Assembly (NCBI GenBank): GCA_964016885.1
Contig: OZ024752.1
Location: 45,322,001 to 45,386,000 of the forward strand
Direction: 5' to 3'
From: Eledone cirrhosa
Lineage: Eukaryota
Length of the DNA stretch: 64,000 bases
Numbering within the stretch: the first letter of the stretch is position 1; every line of letters starts with the position of its first letter. Shown one piece after another: positions 12,737-27,345 of this stretch. The notes beneath the pieces are model-generated. The model was not told where the DNA came from and did not search any database. It saw only the letters and a program-made list of their open reading frames with translations. The position numbers and the translations under genes were made by a program.

Positions 12737-14750
12737 ATGTATATCTGAATATATATATATGTGTGTATGTGTATATATGTATGTGTGTGAGAGAAACCTC
12801 TGTGTACTCAATTATGGAGTTTGTAATTACCAGGATGCGTTACTGCATCTGATTACACACCCACACTCTAACATATATACACACTTATATACACATACAA
12901 GTGTGTGTGTATATATGTATATATATATATATGTGTGTGTGTATATATATATGTATATATATATATGTATGTATATATATGTTTATATATATATATGTGT
13001 ATATATATATGTGTGTATATATATATATGTGTGTATATATATATATGTATGTATATATATATGTATGTATATATATATATATATGTGTGTATATATATAT
13101 ATGTATGTATATATATATGTATGTATATATATATGTATGTATATATATATGTGTGTATATATATGTGTGTATATATATATGTGTGTGTATGTTTATATAT
13201 ATATGTGTATATATATATATGTATGTATATGTGTGTGTGTATATATATGTATGTATATATCTGTGTGTGTGTGTATATATATATATGTGTATATGTATGT
13301 ATATATATATGTGTATATGTATGTATATATATGTGTGTGTGTATGCATTTATAAATAATCAATGAATCAATAAGTGTCTAAAAACACACATACATACACA
13401 CACATGCACACACATACATACACACACATGCACACACATACATACACACATGCACACACACATGTATATGTGTGGAATGTGTGTGTTTGCATGTATATAC
13501 ATGTGTGTGTATATATATATGTAACTGTACAAGTGTATACACATGTACGTGTATATAAGTGTAATTATAATATATGTACTTATGTATGTATGTGTCCCTA
13601 TATGTATGTATGTGTCTATATGTATGTATGTGTCCCTGTATGTATGTGTCTGTATATGTATGTATGTGTCTGTAAATGTATGTATGTGTCTGTAAATGTA
13701 TGTATGTGTCTGTATATGTATGTCTGTATATGTGTGTATGTGTCTGTATATGTATGTCTGTATATGTATGTATGTATGTATGTGTCTGTATATATATGTA
13801 TGTATGTGTCTGTATATGTATGTATGTGTCTGTAAATGTATGTATGTGTCTGTATATGTATGTCTGTATATATATGTATGTGTCCCTATATGTATGTGTC
13901 TGTATATGTATGTATGTGTCTGTATATGTATGTATGTGTCCCTATATGTATGTATGTGTCCCTATATGTATGTATGTGTCCCTATATGTATGTATATGTC
14001 CCTATATGTATGTATGTGTCTGTAAATGTATGTATGTATACATCTATGTGTATGTATACATCTATGTGTATGTATACATCCATGTGTATGTATACATCCA
14101 TGTGTATGTATACATCCATGTGTATATATGTATACATCCATGTGTATATATATATACATCCATGTGTATATATGTATACATCTATGTGTATGTATGTATA
14201 CATCTATGTGTATATATGTATACATCCATATGTATATATGTATACATCTATGTGTATATATGTATACATCTATGTGTATATATGTATACATCCATATGTA
14301 TATATGTATACATCCATGTGTATATATGTATACATCTATGTGTATATATGTATACATCCATGTGTATATATGTATACATCCATGTGTATATATGTATACA
14401 TCCATGTGTATATATGTATACATCCATGTGTATATATGTATACATCCATGTGTATGTATGTATACATCCATATGTATATATGTATACATCTATGTGTATA
14501 TATGTATACATCTATGTGTATATATGTATACATCCATATGTATATATGTATACATCCATGTGTATATATGTATACATCTATGTGTATATATGTATACATC
14601 CATGTGTATATATGTATACATCCATGTGTATATATGTATACATCCATGTGTATATATGTATACATCCATGTGTATATATGTATACATCCATGTGTATATA
14701 TGTATACATCCATGTGTATATATGTATACATCCATGTGTATATATACACT
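12130..14750. repeat. Compound TA/TG microsatellite evolving into about 22-bp minisatellites
   Basis: (TA)n/(TG)n/(TATG)n, then tatacatccatgtgtatatatg units at 14030-14745. Confidence 0.9.
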
Positions 14751-15000
14751 CACTATCTTGCTATTGTCTTCTATAGATTCCTTCACCATCTTTCCAATTC
14801 TTTCTAATTCTAGTTTTGTTTTCTTTCATTATTTTCCAGATCTTTCTCTTGCAATTCTTTGATATTTCTTCAGTTCTTTGTATTCTTCCGTAATTCTTTC
14901 TCTTGCATGTATGACACTCTCTCCCTCTCTCTCTCCCTCCCTCTCTCCCTCCCTCTCTCTCTCTCTCTCTCCCTCTCCCTCTCCCTCTCTCCCTCTCTCT

Positions 15001-15032
<32 letters not shown>

Positions 15033-15067
15033 CCCTCTCTCCCCCACCCCCTCCCCCTCTCACCCCC

Positions 15068-15156
<89 letters not shown>

Positions 15157-16734
15157 TTGCCAACCAATATAACTTCCTGTCTTTCATATTTCCCCATTTT
15201 TATCAATATCTGACATTTACATGAAGAATATATAATGATATACAAAAGATGAGCAGTAAACCTTCTCTGAAACCATTCAATTGGAAAATTCTTAATCAAA
15301 GTGTTTTCTTTCAACTAAATTTCCCCAAAGACTTTATCGGATGGAGAATTCATATTGTGTCTATAGAAAATATTTATAATATTCTTCTTTTCTATACTCA
15401 AAGCATATTAGCTGCAGCGTTTCTCAACTACTGGCATAAACTAACCAACAGCTCCTCTCTCCTCCACTTAACACACCTACCTGACTCTACAACCTGCCAT
15501 TACTCTATTGAAGCAACCAGTGACCATCTTACCATCAAGCCACCTAACCATCAAGCCACCTAACCATCCAGCCACCTAACCATCCAACCACCTAACCATC
15601 CAACCACCTAACCATCCAGCCACCTAACCATCCAGCCACCTAACCATCCAGCCACCTAACCATCCAACCACCCAACCATCCAACCACCCAACCATCTAAC
15701 CATCCAACCACCGAACCATCCAACCACCTAACCATCCAACCATCCAGCCACCTAACCATCCAACCACCTAACCATCCAACCACCCAACCATCTAACCACC
15801 CAACCATCTCCCTTAACACACCTACCTGACTCTACAACCTGTTATTAGTCTATTGAAGCAACCACTGACCATCCAACCAACCAACCAGCCAGCCATCTAA
15901 CACAAACCATCTAACAATCCTACATCACCACCACCATCACCACTACTATCACTGCCATTACCACTATCATCACCATAACCATCACTATAACCATCACCAC
16001 CACCACCACCACTCCCACCACTATCACTATAACCACTACCACCACCACCACCATCACCACCACCCCCATCACCACCACCATCATTATCATCACCACCACC
16101 ACTATCACCACTCCCACCACCACCATAACCACCACCACCACTATCACCACTCCCACCACCACCATAACCACCACCACCATCACCACTCCCACCACCACTG
16201 TGTCTATTCTAGTCAATTATACACAAAAGACAACCAACTTCCCCCCAAACTAAACAAAGCCTTTTGTTTGTTGTTAATATTTGAAATTATTATTGTTAGA
16301 TTTTATTTTTATTTAGATTTCAAATATTCCATTCTTTCCACTGTTTAGATATTTACTTAGAACAAAGCTTTGTCTGAAAATATTAGCCATATTTCTCGCA
16401 AACAGACAAACCATTCTCTTAACATATAGGCCAAGTCTTACCAAATAATCATGAATTATTACAAACTGATTAATTTTGACTTGTATCATGCCATTTTCAG
16501 CCTGGTGTATTTAATATGGTATGGTTCCGTAACTCCTGATAGAGTTGTAGGGGCATTGTATTGACATACAGCCTTTCTTGGGCATTTTTTAAAGCCTAGT
16601 GGTGCCCATCCCCCTCCAGGCCTGAGTACAGCAGATTTCTTCCAGAGAGAGAGATAGAAAGTGAGAGAGAGGAATTGAGAAAGAGATATAGAGGAAGAAT
16701 CAACCCCAGTACTAGACTGGTATGTTTTTATCGA

Positions 16735-16992
16735 CCATGTGATGTGCATGGAGGATGATTGCTGGGTAAAGATGTGCCAAAAGAATCCCAGTAGAAGGAA
16801 GACGCAGTAGAGGAAGACCAAGTAAAAGAATAGGCGGAGGTGGTGAGAGCTGACCTCAGATCGCTGAAGCTCATGGAGGAGATGACGAAGGACCGTGATG
16901 AATGGAGAGATGCTGTGCTGAAGAGGACCTGTTTCACCCTTCCAAGCAGGGAAAAGTGGATGTAAAATGATGATGATGATGATGATGATGAT
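16735..16992 (+). mobile_element. RTE-clade LINE 3' fragment with (GAT)n tail
   Basis: Decayed HVMCMEDDCWVK...EVVRADLRSLKLMEEMTKDRDEWRDAV, typical of the RTE C-terminus. Confidence 0.75.
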
Positions 16993-17342
16993 GAAAGGAT
17001 GAAAGGCAAAAATGACCTTCGTGGGATTTGAACTCAGAGAGCAGAGAACCATAACAAATACCATAAAACAATCTGACCTACTTTCTAATGACCTACTTTC
17101 TAATGACTGACATTTTCTGCCAGTTATATTCAATATACATTGATTTAGTCAAACTTGTACCTTTATATTGGTTGGTACACTCAAATTTCAGCTGTTGTAC
17201 CCTTGTGATTTATCTAGGGACTTGCTGTATTTAGTTGTTCTCAGAACTTTTAACCAAACCCTTTATCCAAACCACAATGGTAGATTGCCTTCATTTCACT
17301 GTCTATGACTACAATATCCTCATATTAATTCCACGCTTTTAA

Positions 17343-18928
17343 CTCTTTAGTATTTATATTACTCTATATTTACTATTGTATTTTTGTGGTAAAGACTTTA
17401 TCTCATAATATCTCACATAGCATTTACATTACTCTATATATACTATTGTATTTTCACAGTAAAGGCTTTACATCACATAATACCTTACATAACATTTACA
17501 TTACTCTATATTTACTATTATATTTTCACAGTAAAGGCTTTACCTCACATAATATCTCACATAACATTTACATTACTCTATATTTACTATTATATTTTCA
17601 CAGTAAAGGCTTTACCTCACATAATATCTCACATAACATTTACATTACTCTATATATACTATTATATTTTCACAGTAAAGGCTTTACATCACATAATATT
17701 TACATTACTCTGTATATACTATTATATTTTCACAGTAAAGGCTTTACATCACATAATATCTCACATAACATTCACATTACTCTATATATACTATTGGTAT
17801 TTTTGTGGTAAAGACTTTATCTCATAATATCTCACATAATATCTCACATAACATTTACATTACTCTATATATACTATTGTATTTTCACAGTAAAGACTTT
17901 ACCTCAAATAATATCTCACATAACATTTACATTATCTATATATACTATTGTATTTTCACAGTAAAGGCTTTACCTCACATAATATCTCATATAACATTTA
18001 CATTACTCTATATATACTATTGTATTTTCACAGTAAAGGCTTTACCTCACATAATATCTCACATAACATTCACATTACTCTATATATACTATTGTATTTT
18101 TGTGGTAAAGGCTTTACCTCACATAATATCTCATATGACGTTTACATTACTCTATATATACTATTGTATTTTCACAGTAAAGGCTTTACATCACATAATA
18201 TCTCACATAACATTTACATTACTCTATATATACTATTGTATTGTCACAGTAAAGGCTTTACCTCACATAATACCTCACATAACATTTACATTACTCTATA
18301 TATACTATTGTATTGTCACAGTAAAGGCTTTACCTCACATAATATCTCACATAACATTTACATTACTCTATATATACTATTGTATTTTCACAGTAAAGGC
18401 TTTACCTCACATAATATCTCACATAACATTTACATTACTCTATATATATACTATTGTATTTTCACAGTAAAGGCTTTACATCACATAATATCTCACATAA
18501 CATTTACATTACTCTATATATACTATTGTATTTTCACAGTAAAGGCTTTACCTCACATAATATCTCACATAACATTTACATTACTCTATATATACTATTG
18601 TATTTTCACAGTAAAGGCTTTACCTCACATAATATCTCACATAACATTTACATTACTCTATATATACTATTGTATTTTCACAGTAAAGGCTTTACATCAC
18701 ATAATATCTCGCATAACATTTACATTACTCTATATATACTATTGTATTGTCACAGTAAAGGCTTTACCTCACATAATATCTCACATAATATGGAATCTAC
18801 GAGATTTTGATATTATTTATTTTAAGAATCAAACCTTAACATCAGTATGAGTGGCTGGTTACAGCCGGTTTGAACAGAAAGAGATGAGAGAATTCTGGCT
18901 GGATATGCCCACTTGAAATGCTAATGGG
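17343..18928 (-). mobile_element. piggyBac-like MITE with an internally expanded 72-bp tandem array
   Basis: TTAA at 17339-17342 and 18929-18932; same body as 29138-29348; the 72-bp unit gives the YFHSKGFTSHNISHNIYITLYILL pseudo-ORF. Confidence 0.8.
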
Positions 18929-19379
18929 TTAATATGCAATTTCATGTATGTTCTCTTTCATTTTTGCCTCATAAAATACTCCAAGACACTGTGACTGTGA
19001 ATAGACCGGCAGTAATGTTGGTAGAGTAAAAACTGTGTATGTTGTTTCTGATGGCCGATGACTGGGGAGGTTTTGTCAATCTTGCCATATATATATATAG
19101 TAATACTCTTTTACTCTTTTACCTGTTTCAGCCATCCGGCTGAGGCCATGCTGGGGCACCGCCCTTGATAATAATAATAATAATATTTATACTTATATAT
19201 GGTTTCATCATTTCATCATCATTTTATTTTACGTCCGCTTGTTCCCTGCTTGCAAGGGTGGGATGGGAACTGATTCTGGCTTGATTTCTACAGCTGGATG
19301 CTCTTCCTAACACCAACCTCATTTACAGTGAGTGCTGGGTGCTTTTTTGCCGTGGCACCTCCACGACCACTTTGCAGTG

Positions 19380-19550
19380 GAATGTTAGGGACCCCAGTCC
19401 CTATCATCTCATTTCTACAGCTGAGTAAACTGGAGCAATGTGAAATAAAGTGTCTTGCTCAAGGAAACAACACATCACCCAGTCTGAGAATTGAACTCAC
19501 AACCTTTCGATTGCAAGGCCAATGCTCTAACCACTAAGCCATCTGCCTCC
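19380..19550 (-). mobile_element. tRNA-derived CORE-type SINE
   Basis: Reverse complement of the 20943 copy (ctctaaccactaagccat; gtgtcttgctcaagg). Confidence 0.8.
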
Positions 19551-19700
19551 ATGGTTTATATATAATTATAAATAAGGAGAGTAGTACTAAGCAGTAGCCA
19601 ATTACCAGTAATAGAAAAGGCTCAATGTAAATCATCAAATGTATTACAGAGCCGAGATACAAAATATAAAACAATCAAATCTTAGTTTAATACATTTAAT

Positions 19701-19747
19701 TGCTAAGAATTGTTTCTTCCAGACGAATGTCTGGAATCATTGGAGCA
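19701..19747 (-). ncRNA. Decayed hammerhead-like motif
   Basis: tgct-CCAATGA-ttccagac-attc-gtctggaa-GAAAC-aatt-CTT-agca. Perfect 8-bp stem II and correct topology, but three core/stem III substitutions. Confidence 0.4.
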
Positions 19748-19960
19748 TACACAATGTTTAAACAGGTAATTAAAATATATATGTATATAATCATCATTTA
19801 ACGTCCATTTTTTCCAAGGTAGTATGGGTTAGATGAGTTGTCCTATTGTGAAGTAAGTCAGATCAGATGACTGTCTTGCTCATACAGAACAAATTCTGGC
19901 TTGGTTTCTACTGCTTTATGCTCTTCCTAACACTATATATATATATATATATATATATAT

Positions 19961-20178
19961 GTTAAAACAATGAAATAAAAACTCAAGTCATTAGAGATAT
20001 ACTTCACTGACTCTAATGACTTGATTTTTTTATTTCATTATTTTAACTTATATCATGGCTCTGTTTTCCATTTAATGTTTTATTGTTTTCCGGGATTTAT
20101 CTTAACCTACAACACTTTCAACATATAGATTTCATTGAGTTCTTCATGCAGAATAGACCCCACAACTTACCGTGGATA

Positions 20179-20186
<8 letters not shown>
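19961..20186 (+). mobile_element. PLE-like terminal fragment with 5' inverted repeat (19961-20048)
   Basis: gttaaaacaatgaaataaaaactcaagtcattagag / ctctaatgacttgattttttatttcattattttaac. Flanked by (TA)n; shares a 3' motif with 341-374. Confidence 0.5.
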
Positions 20187-20241
<55 letters not shown>

Positions 20242-20513
20242 TAAAACATGTCTATAGAATCACTAGATAAAACATACCGTTTCCTCTCCCAATTAGCATA
20301 AGTAACCATATAAAAAATCAATTAGACCAAGCTATAAGAATAAAGGCTCCTATGAAGAAATCTCGGACAAATAACCGAAAGCAGCCCCTTCGCGGCGGTT
20401 ACGACGGAGTATTTATCGAACATTTCGACAGCATGTACAAATCGACCAGATATACAGTCAACTAAACAGAATTAGATGTAAAATAAACTAGAAGAAATGT
20501 GTACATATTTAAT

Positions 20514-20593
20514 TACCTCAACCATGGTTTCGTCCGTATTTTAAGACATCCGATAACAGGGGATATCTAGAGCTTCGGACTCTTCAGGAGTTA
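20514..20593 (-). ncRNA. Type I hammerhead ribozyme motif, canonical core, palindromic stem III
   Basis: taactc-CTGAAGA-gtccg...agatatcc/ggatgtct...cggac-GAAAC-CATG-GTT-gaggta. Confidence 0.8.
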
Positions 20594-20942
20594 GCTCAAA
20601 TTTAGACAATTAATTTTCCAATATATATGTAAACCTATATATATATATATATATATATAATCATCACTGTTTGCCATGTTTGCATAGGTTAGGCAGGTTA
20701 GGTGACCATGTCTTGCTGATAAATTCAGATTTTGACTTGGTTTCTCTGGCTGGATGTTCTTCCAAACAGCAATGTCTTCAGAACATATCATGGCACCATA
20801 CAGAGTTGCTAGTGGTACTGATGAATACTTTTGTTGAAATGAAATTTACTTAGAACATGCTGTAATATGGTCGGCATTAAGAAGGGAGTCAAGCTGTAGA
20901 CAGGGGTTTAAAGGGATATATATAAGGGTATATATTAGTTAA

Positions 20943-21180
20943 GGCGCATGGCTTAGTGGTTAGAGCATTGGGTTTGCAATTGAAAGGTTGTGAGTTCAAT
21001 TCTCGGACCGGGTGATGTGTTGTTTCCTTGAGCAAGACACTTTATTTCACGTTGCTCCAGTTTACTCAGCTGTAGAAATGAGATGATAGGACTGGGGTCC
21101 CTATCATTAAATCACCCAAGACACCTCCAACGAGATATACCTTGGAGGAGGCCAGCTAAACCTGCATAGGTGTGAGCTAT
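20943..21180 (+). mobile_element. tRNA-derived CORE-type SINE
   Basis: ggcgcatggcttagtggttagagc (A box) ... gagttcaattc (B box) ... gtttccttgagcaagacactt. Confidence 0.8.
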
Positions 21181-21717
21181 CACACACACACACATATATA
21201 TATATAAAGGGGTATATATAAGGTTATATATAAGCTATAGAAAAGGGGTATATAATTGTATCAAGCTATAGAAAAGGGGTTTATATAAGGGTATCATGCT
21301 ATATAAAAGGGGTATATCAGGGTATCATGCTATAGAAAACCATACCAGAATAAAATGTTTGAACAAGAAGAGATCATCTGACACATCAAATTTCAAACTG
21401 TAACAACCCATCCAACCTAAAGTAAATATAAAATGATGAAGATGGGGATGAGGTAGATAGATTGAGAAATAAAGAAGTAGATAGAGAGATAGCTAGAAAG
21501 ATAGATAGGAAAAAAAAAAAAAAATGAAAGCACCTGAAATATTCTTAATTTGTTTTGAAAAAATTTCCATTTCTGTTGCAATTAAATTATAGAATATTTG
21601 TTCAATACTGGTTGAAGAAAAATCAATAAATAATACTTCTTCTCTGATTAGTTTTTAATCAGTTTGCTCAACATTTTACCATAACTTTGGTTTTAATTTG
21701 TACCATTCTTGTTGAAC

Positions 21718-21749
<32 letters not shown>

Positions 21750-21810
21750 GCCATCATCATTATCACCATCGTCATCATCATCATCATCACTGAGTCGCAG
21801 TGCTGGTGTG

Positions 21811-22445
21811 TTACTCTCTTTTTATCATCATTATGAGGGTTTCATAAGCAGTCTTGTTGCTGCCATTTTTTTCTAATCCAGCTTCGATATCTTTGCATTG
21901 TTCTGATATCCAATTCTCTTTCACTTCCCTCAATTTCTCCATCACCTTCCTCTTCACAGAGTTGTATTGTCTTCTTTCCTGATCTCTTAGTTTGGTCTTT
22001 CTCAAGTCATGTCTTGACCCTTTAGCATTTAAACCAGCCATATCTCTACCTCTTTCTATTGAAACTGGCTGTAACTGGTCGCTCATACTGATGTTAAGGT
22101 ATTGTTCTCAAAATAAATACTTTCAAAATCTCATAGATTCGATATTATGTGAGATAATTATGCGAGGTAAAGCCTTTACAATGAAAATATAATAGTATAT
22201 GTAGAGTAGTGTGAATGGTGAAGGATTAAGGGGTTAATATCTTCTAGAAAGTTGAGGTCTGCAAACATGCCACCTACGTTTGCCTCAAACATTGCTATAA
22301 CCCAAGGATCTCTTAGTTTGTCTACATCAAACCTGATACATGTGGATTCCTTAACTGGGATCTTCTTCAATTTGAGCTTTAGTGTCATCAGAACCACATC
22401 GTGGTCACTGTTGACATCTGAGGGTCCTAGTCGTGGCCTTATTGG
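21811..22445 (-). mobile_element. RTE-like LINE fragment (endonuclease-RT linker) interrupted by a piggyBac-like MITE at 22018-22232
   Basis: DVNSDHDVVLMTLKLKLKK...IRFDVDKLRDP and ...KLREVKENWISEQCKDIEAGLEKN on the minus strand. Confidence 0.7.
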
Positions 22446-22623
22446 GACTGGACTTGAGCTTTTGAGGTGTGAAGATGAAGTCAGTTTGGTTGTGAGTCCT
22501 ACCATTGGGTGCCATGTGGTGGTGGTGGTGGTGGTGGTGGTACTATAGAAATAAAGTCTGTCTGAATATGGCAAGTGAGCAAAAAATGTCCAAACAACTA
22601 ATACACTCTCTCACAGAAACACA

Positions 22624-22716
<93 letters not shown>

Positions 22717-22861
22717 ACAGGATCACACACTCTCTCTCTCTCTCTCTCTCTCACAGGATCACACACTCTCTCTCTCTCTCACAGAAACACACACACTCTC
22801 TCTCTCTCTCTCTCACAGAAACACACACACTCTCTCTCTCACTGTCACACACACACACACA

Positions 22862-22920
<59 letters not shown>

Positions 22921-22960
22921 TCTCTCACTCACAGAAACACACACACTCTCTCTCTCTCAC

Positions 22961-23097
<137 letters not shown>

Positions 23098-23396
23098 GAA
23101 ACACACACGCTCTCTGTCTCTCTCTCTCTCACACACTCACACATATCGATACACAGTGAAAAAATGACAGAAATTGTAAAGTGTTATTTGTATGGTAGGA
23201 ATGTTGTAGCGATGGAAGTTTTTGGTTGTAATTCAATTATTTTCATTATGGACTACATTTAGTTTTTATTTTATTTCAAAATATATTTCTTTTCAATTTC
23301 TATTCCGAATTCTATTCATTCAATTCACTTTTTTTCCTCTAGAGTTCTCTGCCGCATTATTTTTTATTTAGTGTCTCTTTATGTCTTTACACACAC

Positions 23397-23443
<47 letters not shown>

Positions 23444-23841
23444 CTCACACACACAGATGTACACACACACTCACTCACACACCACCATCATCATCGTTTT
23501 TATGACCACTTTTCCATGCTTGCATGGGTTGGACAAACAAACACACACACACGCACACACACACACACATAGATATATATTTAATATAGAAAAGGCTTCT
23601 ACAGGACTAGAACTCTATGTATTGAGTACCTTACTTACTGTGGTTACCCCCATTTGAACCCAGGATAAACTTATCTTATATATATGTGTGTGTATATATA
23701 AATATATATTTGGAAATATTGTTGCTACAGTACAGATAACTATGATAATAGTTGTTAAATATTGATATTTGAGCAAATCGAGTAAAGTACTCTTAGATAT
23801 GGAAAAAAAGGGATTTAGTTGCTTTCATGAGTCAAGCACGT

Positions 23842-23888
<47 letters not shown>

Positions 23889-24104
23889 GTGTGTATATAT
23901 TAAGATGTGCTTGAGCTCGTCTGTCTTCGTGAAACCTCTGGTAAATGGAATAATTGACTTATGTTGTTTATTACATAATTAAATAGCTCTGTAGCATACA
24001 GAGAGCACTCTCCTTTCCTTTACCCTTCCTACGGATATACTTCATATATATATACATATATATATGATATTAATAAATGGAAACTATATTTATAAAACCA
24101 TATT

Positions 24105-24169
24105 TATTTCATTATACATATTTCAGGGATACCAAATTAAATTATGGTATGCCTTCATCAGACAAAATA
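24105..24169 (-). ncRNA. Type I hammerhead ribozyme motif
   Basis: tattttgt-CTGATGA-aggcatacca-loop-tggtatccct-GAA-atatgtat-A-atgaaata. Stem I is 8 bp (2 G.U), stem II is 9/10 bp, and stem III is near-palindromic. Confidence 0.7.
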
Positions 24170-24331
24170 CAATATATAACAGTTTTACAAATAAGCTTTG
24201 ACGTACCCTATTAAAATGCAACCATTGTTTTTGGAAGTCATCGTATATCTACTCCAAATACTTGTCGAGTGCTTTATATCAGTTATAAAAATATTTACTT
24301 GTTGTATCCCAACAATTTTAAATAGAACTTT

Positions 24332-24369
<38 letters not shown>

Positions 24370-24371
<2 letters not shown>

Positions 24372-24845
24372 CAGCAATGTTGCATGGCAGTGAGATCTGG
24401 GCAGTGTGTGCAGAGGATCTGCAAAGATTGAAAAGAAATGAAGCTTCCATGCTTCAATGCATTTGTAATAATAATATACATGAATGGCAAATCATAAATG
24501 AACTGACAGAGAAACTGTGTTAAGAGGGATCAGATGCTAGAGAGGAGATTGTGTTAACACGGCCATGTGATGTGTATAATAATAATAATAATGAAATTAT
24601 TGTGTACAGTGCCCAGGTGCACCACAACTCATCAAAAAAGTGCATGTACAGTACATAGGGCAGAAGGCTGACAGCTGTATAAAAAGGTGCAGAGCACTCA
24701 AAGTTGATGGAAGCCATGGAGTAGGAAGACCTGGGAAGTCTTGGGGTGAGGTGATAAAAGCTGACCTTGCACAATTGAATCTCTCAAAGTCAATGACAGA
24801 GGACCATAATCTTTGAGGTTATGAAATAATACAGAAGACCCACCT
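24370..24845 (+). mobile_element. Decayed RTE LINE 3' region, interrupted by a short repeat
   Basis: AMLHGSEIWAVCAEDLQRLKRNEASML... followed by 3'-end similarity to 16800-16930. Confidence 0.65.
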
Positions 24846-24992
24846 TACTATATACATAGGTTGAGGCATACATCTAGTATGTGCCACCTTCCCCTCCATC
24901 ACCCCACCCACGTCCTAATACCCCATCTCTCAGTCATGCCCCTAGATCTACCTCACCAACCTCCATGCATCCACCCCACTCAATCTCCAATT

Positions 24993-25560
24993 CACACTGT
25001 AAAGTGGTCGGTTTTGGTGCCACAAGGGGCACCGAGTCCACACTGTGAAGTGGTCGGTTTTGGTGCCACAAGGAGCACCCAGTCCACACTGTAAAGTGGT
25101 CGGTTTTGGTGCCACAAGAAGCACCCAGTCCACACTGTAAAGTGGTCGGTTTTGGTGCCACAAGGAGCACCCAGTCCACACTGTAAAGTGGTCGGTTTTG
25201 GTGCCACAAGGGGCACCCAGTCCACACTGTAAAGTGGTCGGTTTTGGTTCCACAAGGGGCACCCAGTCCACACTGTAAAGTGGTCGGTTTTGGTACCACA
25301 AGGAGCACCCAGTCCACACTGTAAAGTGGTCGGTTTTGGTGCCACAGGGGGCACCCAGTCCACACTGTAAAGTGGTCGGTTTTGGTGCCACAAGGAGCAC
25401 CCAGTCCACACTGTAAAGTGGTCGGTTTTGGTGCCACAAGGAGCACCCAGTTCACACTGTAAAGTGGTCGGTTTTGGTGCCACAAGGAGCACCCAGTCCA
25501 CACTGTAAAGTGGTCGGTTTTGGTGCCACAAGGAGCACCCAGTCCACACTGTAAAGTGGT
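24993..25560. repeat. 46-bp minisatellite, about 12 copies, derived from the internal repeat of the RTE-tailed SINE
   Basis: Unit cacactgtaaagtggtcggttttggtgccacaaggagcacccagtc; compare 49525-49645. Confidence 0.92.
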
Positions 25561-25869
25561 GACCCACAGGTGTGAGCCCCCCCCCCCTCGTGAGAAGCTG
25601 GAATATCTCTTCCAACATGTCTCCCTCACCATCCTCTACCTCTATCTCTCTATTTGTTCGGGATCTCTCGATAGTTCTATACCACCCTCCACCTACCACC
25701 CTCCACCTACCACCCTCCACCTACCACCCTCAACCTCCACCTACCACCACCCCCATATACATCACTCTCTCTCTCTCATTCCTCCTCTGTTGACTTTTTA
25801 TCTCTCAGTTCAACCATACTTTGATGTTCATTCACATCAACATTACACATTGATATGAAATCTGAGTAA

Positions 25870-25914
<45 letters not shown>

Positions 25915-26254
25915 CACACTCACTCACTCACTCACATGAAAGCAGAGAGTAACCACTCACACACACATACCACATTAATATGAAATCACAGAGTAATCAC
26001 ACACATTAAACAAGCACAGGCAGAGAGAGAGAGAGAGGGAGACAGAGAGAGGGGGAGACAGAGAGAGAGAGGGAGACACGGAGAGAGAGAGACAGAGAGA
26101 GAGGGAGAGATGGGGGGGGAGATGTGGTCCCAGTCCCAGTAAATATATTGATTTGTTAATGTAAACTTTAGAAGTGAGTCCAGTAACAATAAAACTATTT
26201 AGATATGGAAATAGGAAACATGGTTTGTGGGCCAATGTGATACAGGATCACTGA

Positions 26255-26897
26255 CTCACATACACACACACATATATACACTGACACATACACACATATA
26301 TATATATATACACTGACACATACATATATATACGCTGACACATACACACATATATATATATACACTGACACATACACATATATATGCTGACACATACACA
26401 CATATATATATATATACTGACACATACACATATATATACTGACACATACACATATGTATACTGACACATACACATATATATATACACTGACTAACATACA
26501 CATATATACACTGACACATACACATACACACATATATATACACTGACACATACACATACACACATATATATACACTGACACATACACATATATATACATA
26601 TATATACTGACACATACATATATATATACTGACACATACACACATATATATATATATACTGACACATACACACACACATATATATATATATATACTGACA
26701 CATACACATACATATACATATATATACTGACACATACACATACATATATATATACTGACAAATACATATATATATATATATACTGACAAATACACATGCA
26801 CATATATATATATATATATATACACTGACACATACACATACATATATATATATATATATACTGACACATACACATGCACATATATATATATACTGAC

Positions 26898-26981
<84 letters not shown>

Positions 26982-27047
26982 TGACACATACATATATATA
27001 TATACACTGACACATGTATATATATATATATATACACTGATACATAC

Positions 27048-27078
<31 letters not shown>

Positions 27079-27298
27079 TAAATGTGTGTGTGTCAGTATA
27101 TATATATATATATTGACACACACACACATATATATATACACTGGCACACACACACTGACACATTATCACACACGTATATACACATGTAGACACACACACA
27201 CACATACACACATACAGGCACACACATACAGGCACACACACAGAGGTGCACACACGTACACACACACATACAGGCACACACACACAGAGGTGCACACA

Positions 27299-27345
<47 letters not shown>

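Noticed and set aside
20943-21012. tRNA-like sequences (also 5086, 32964, 48074)
   Set aside because: They are SINE heads followed by SINE core domains, not tRNA genes.
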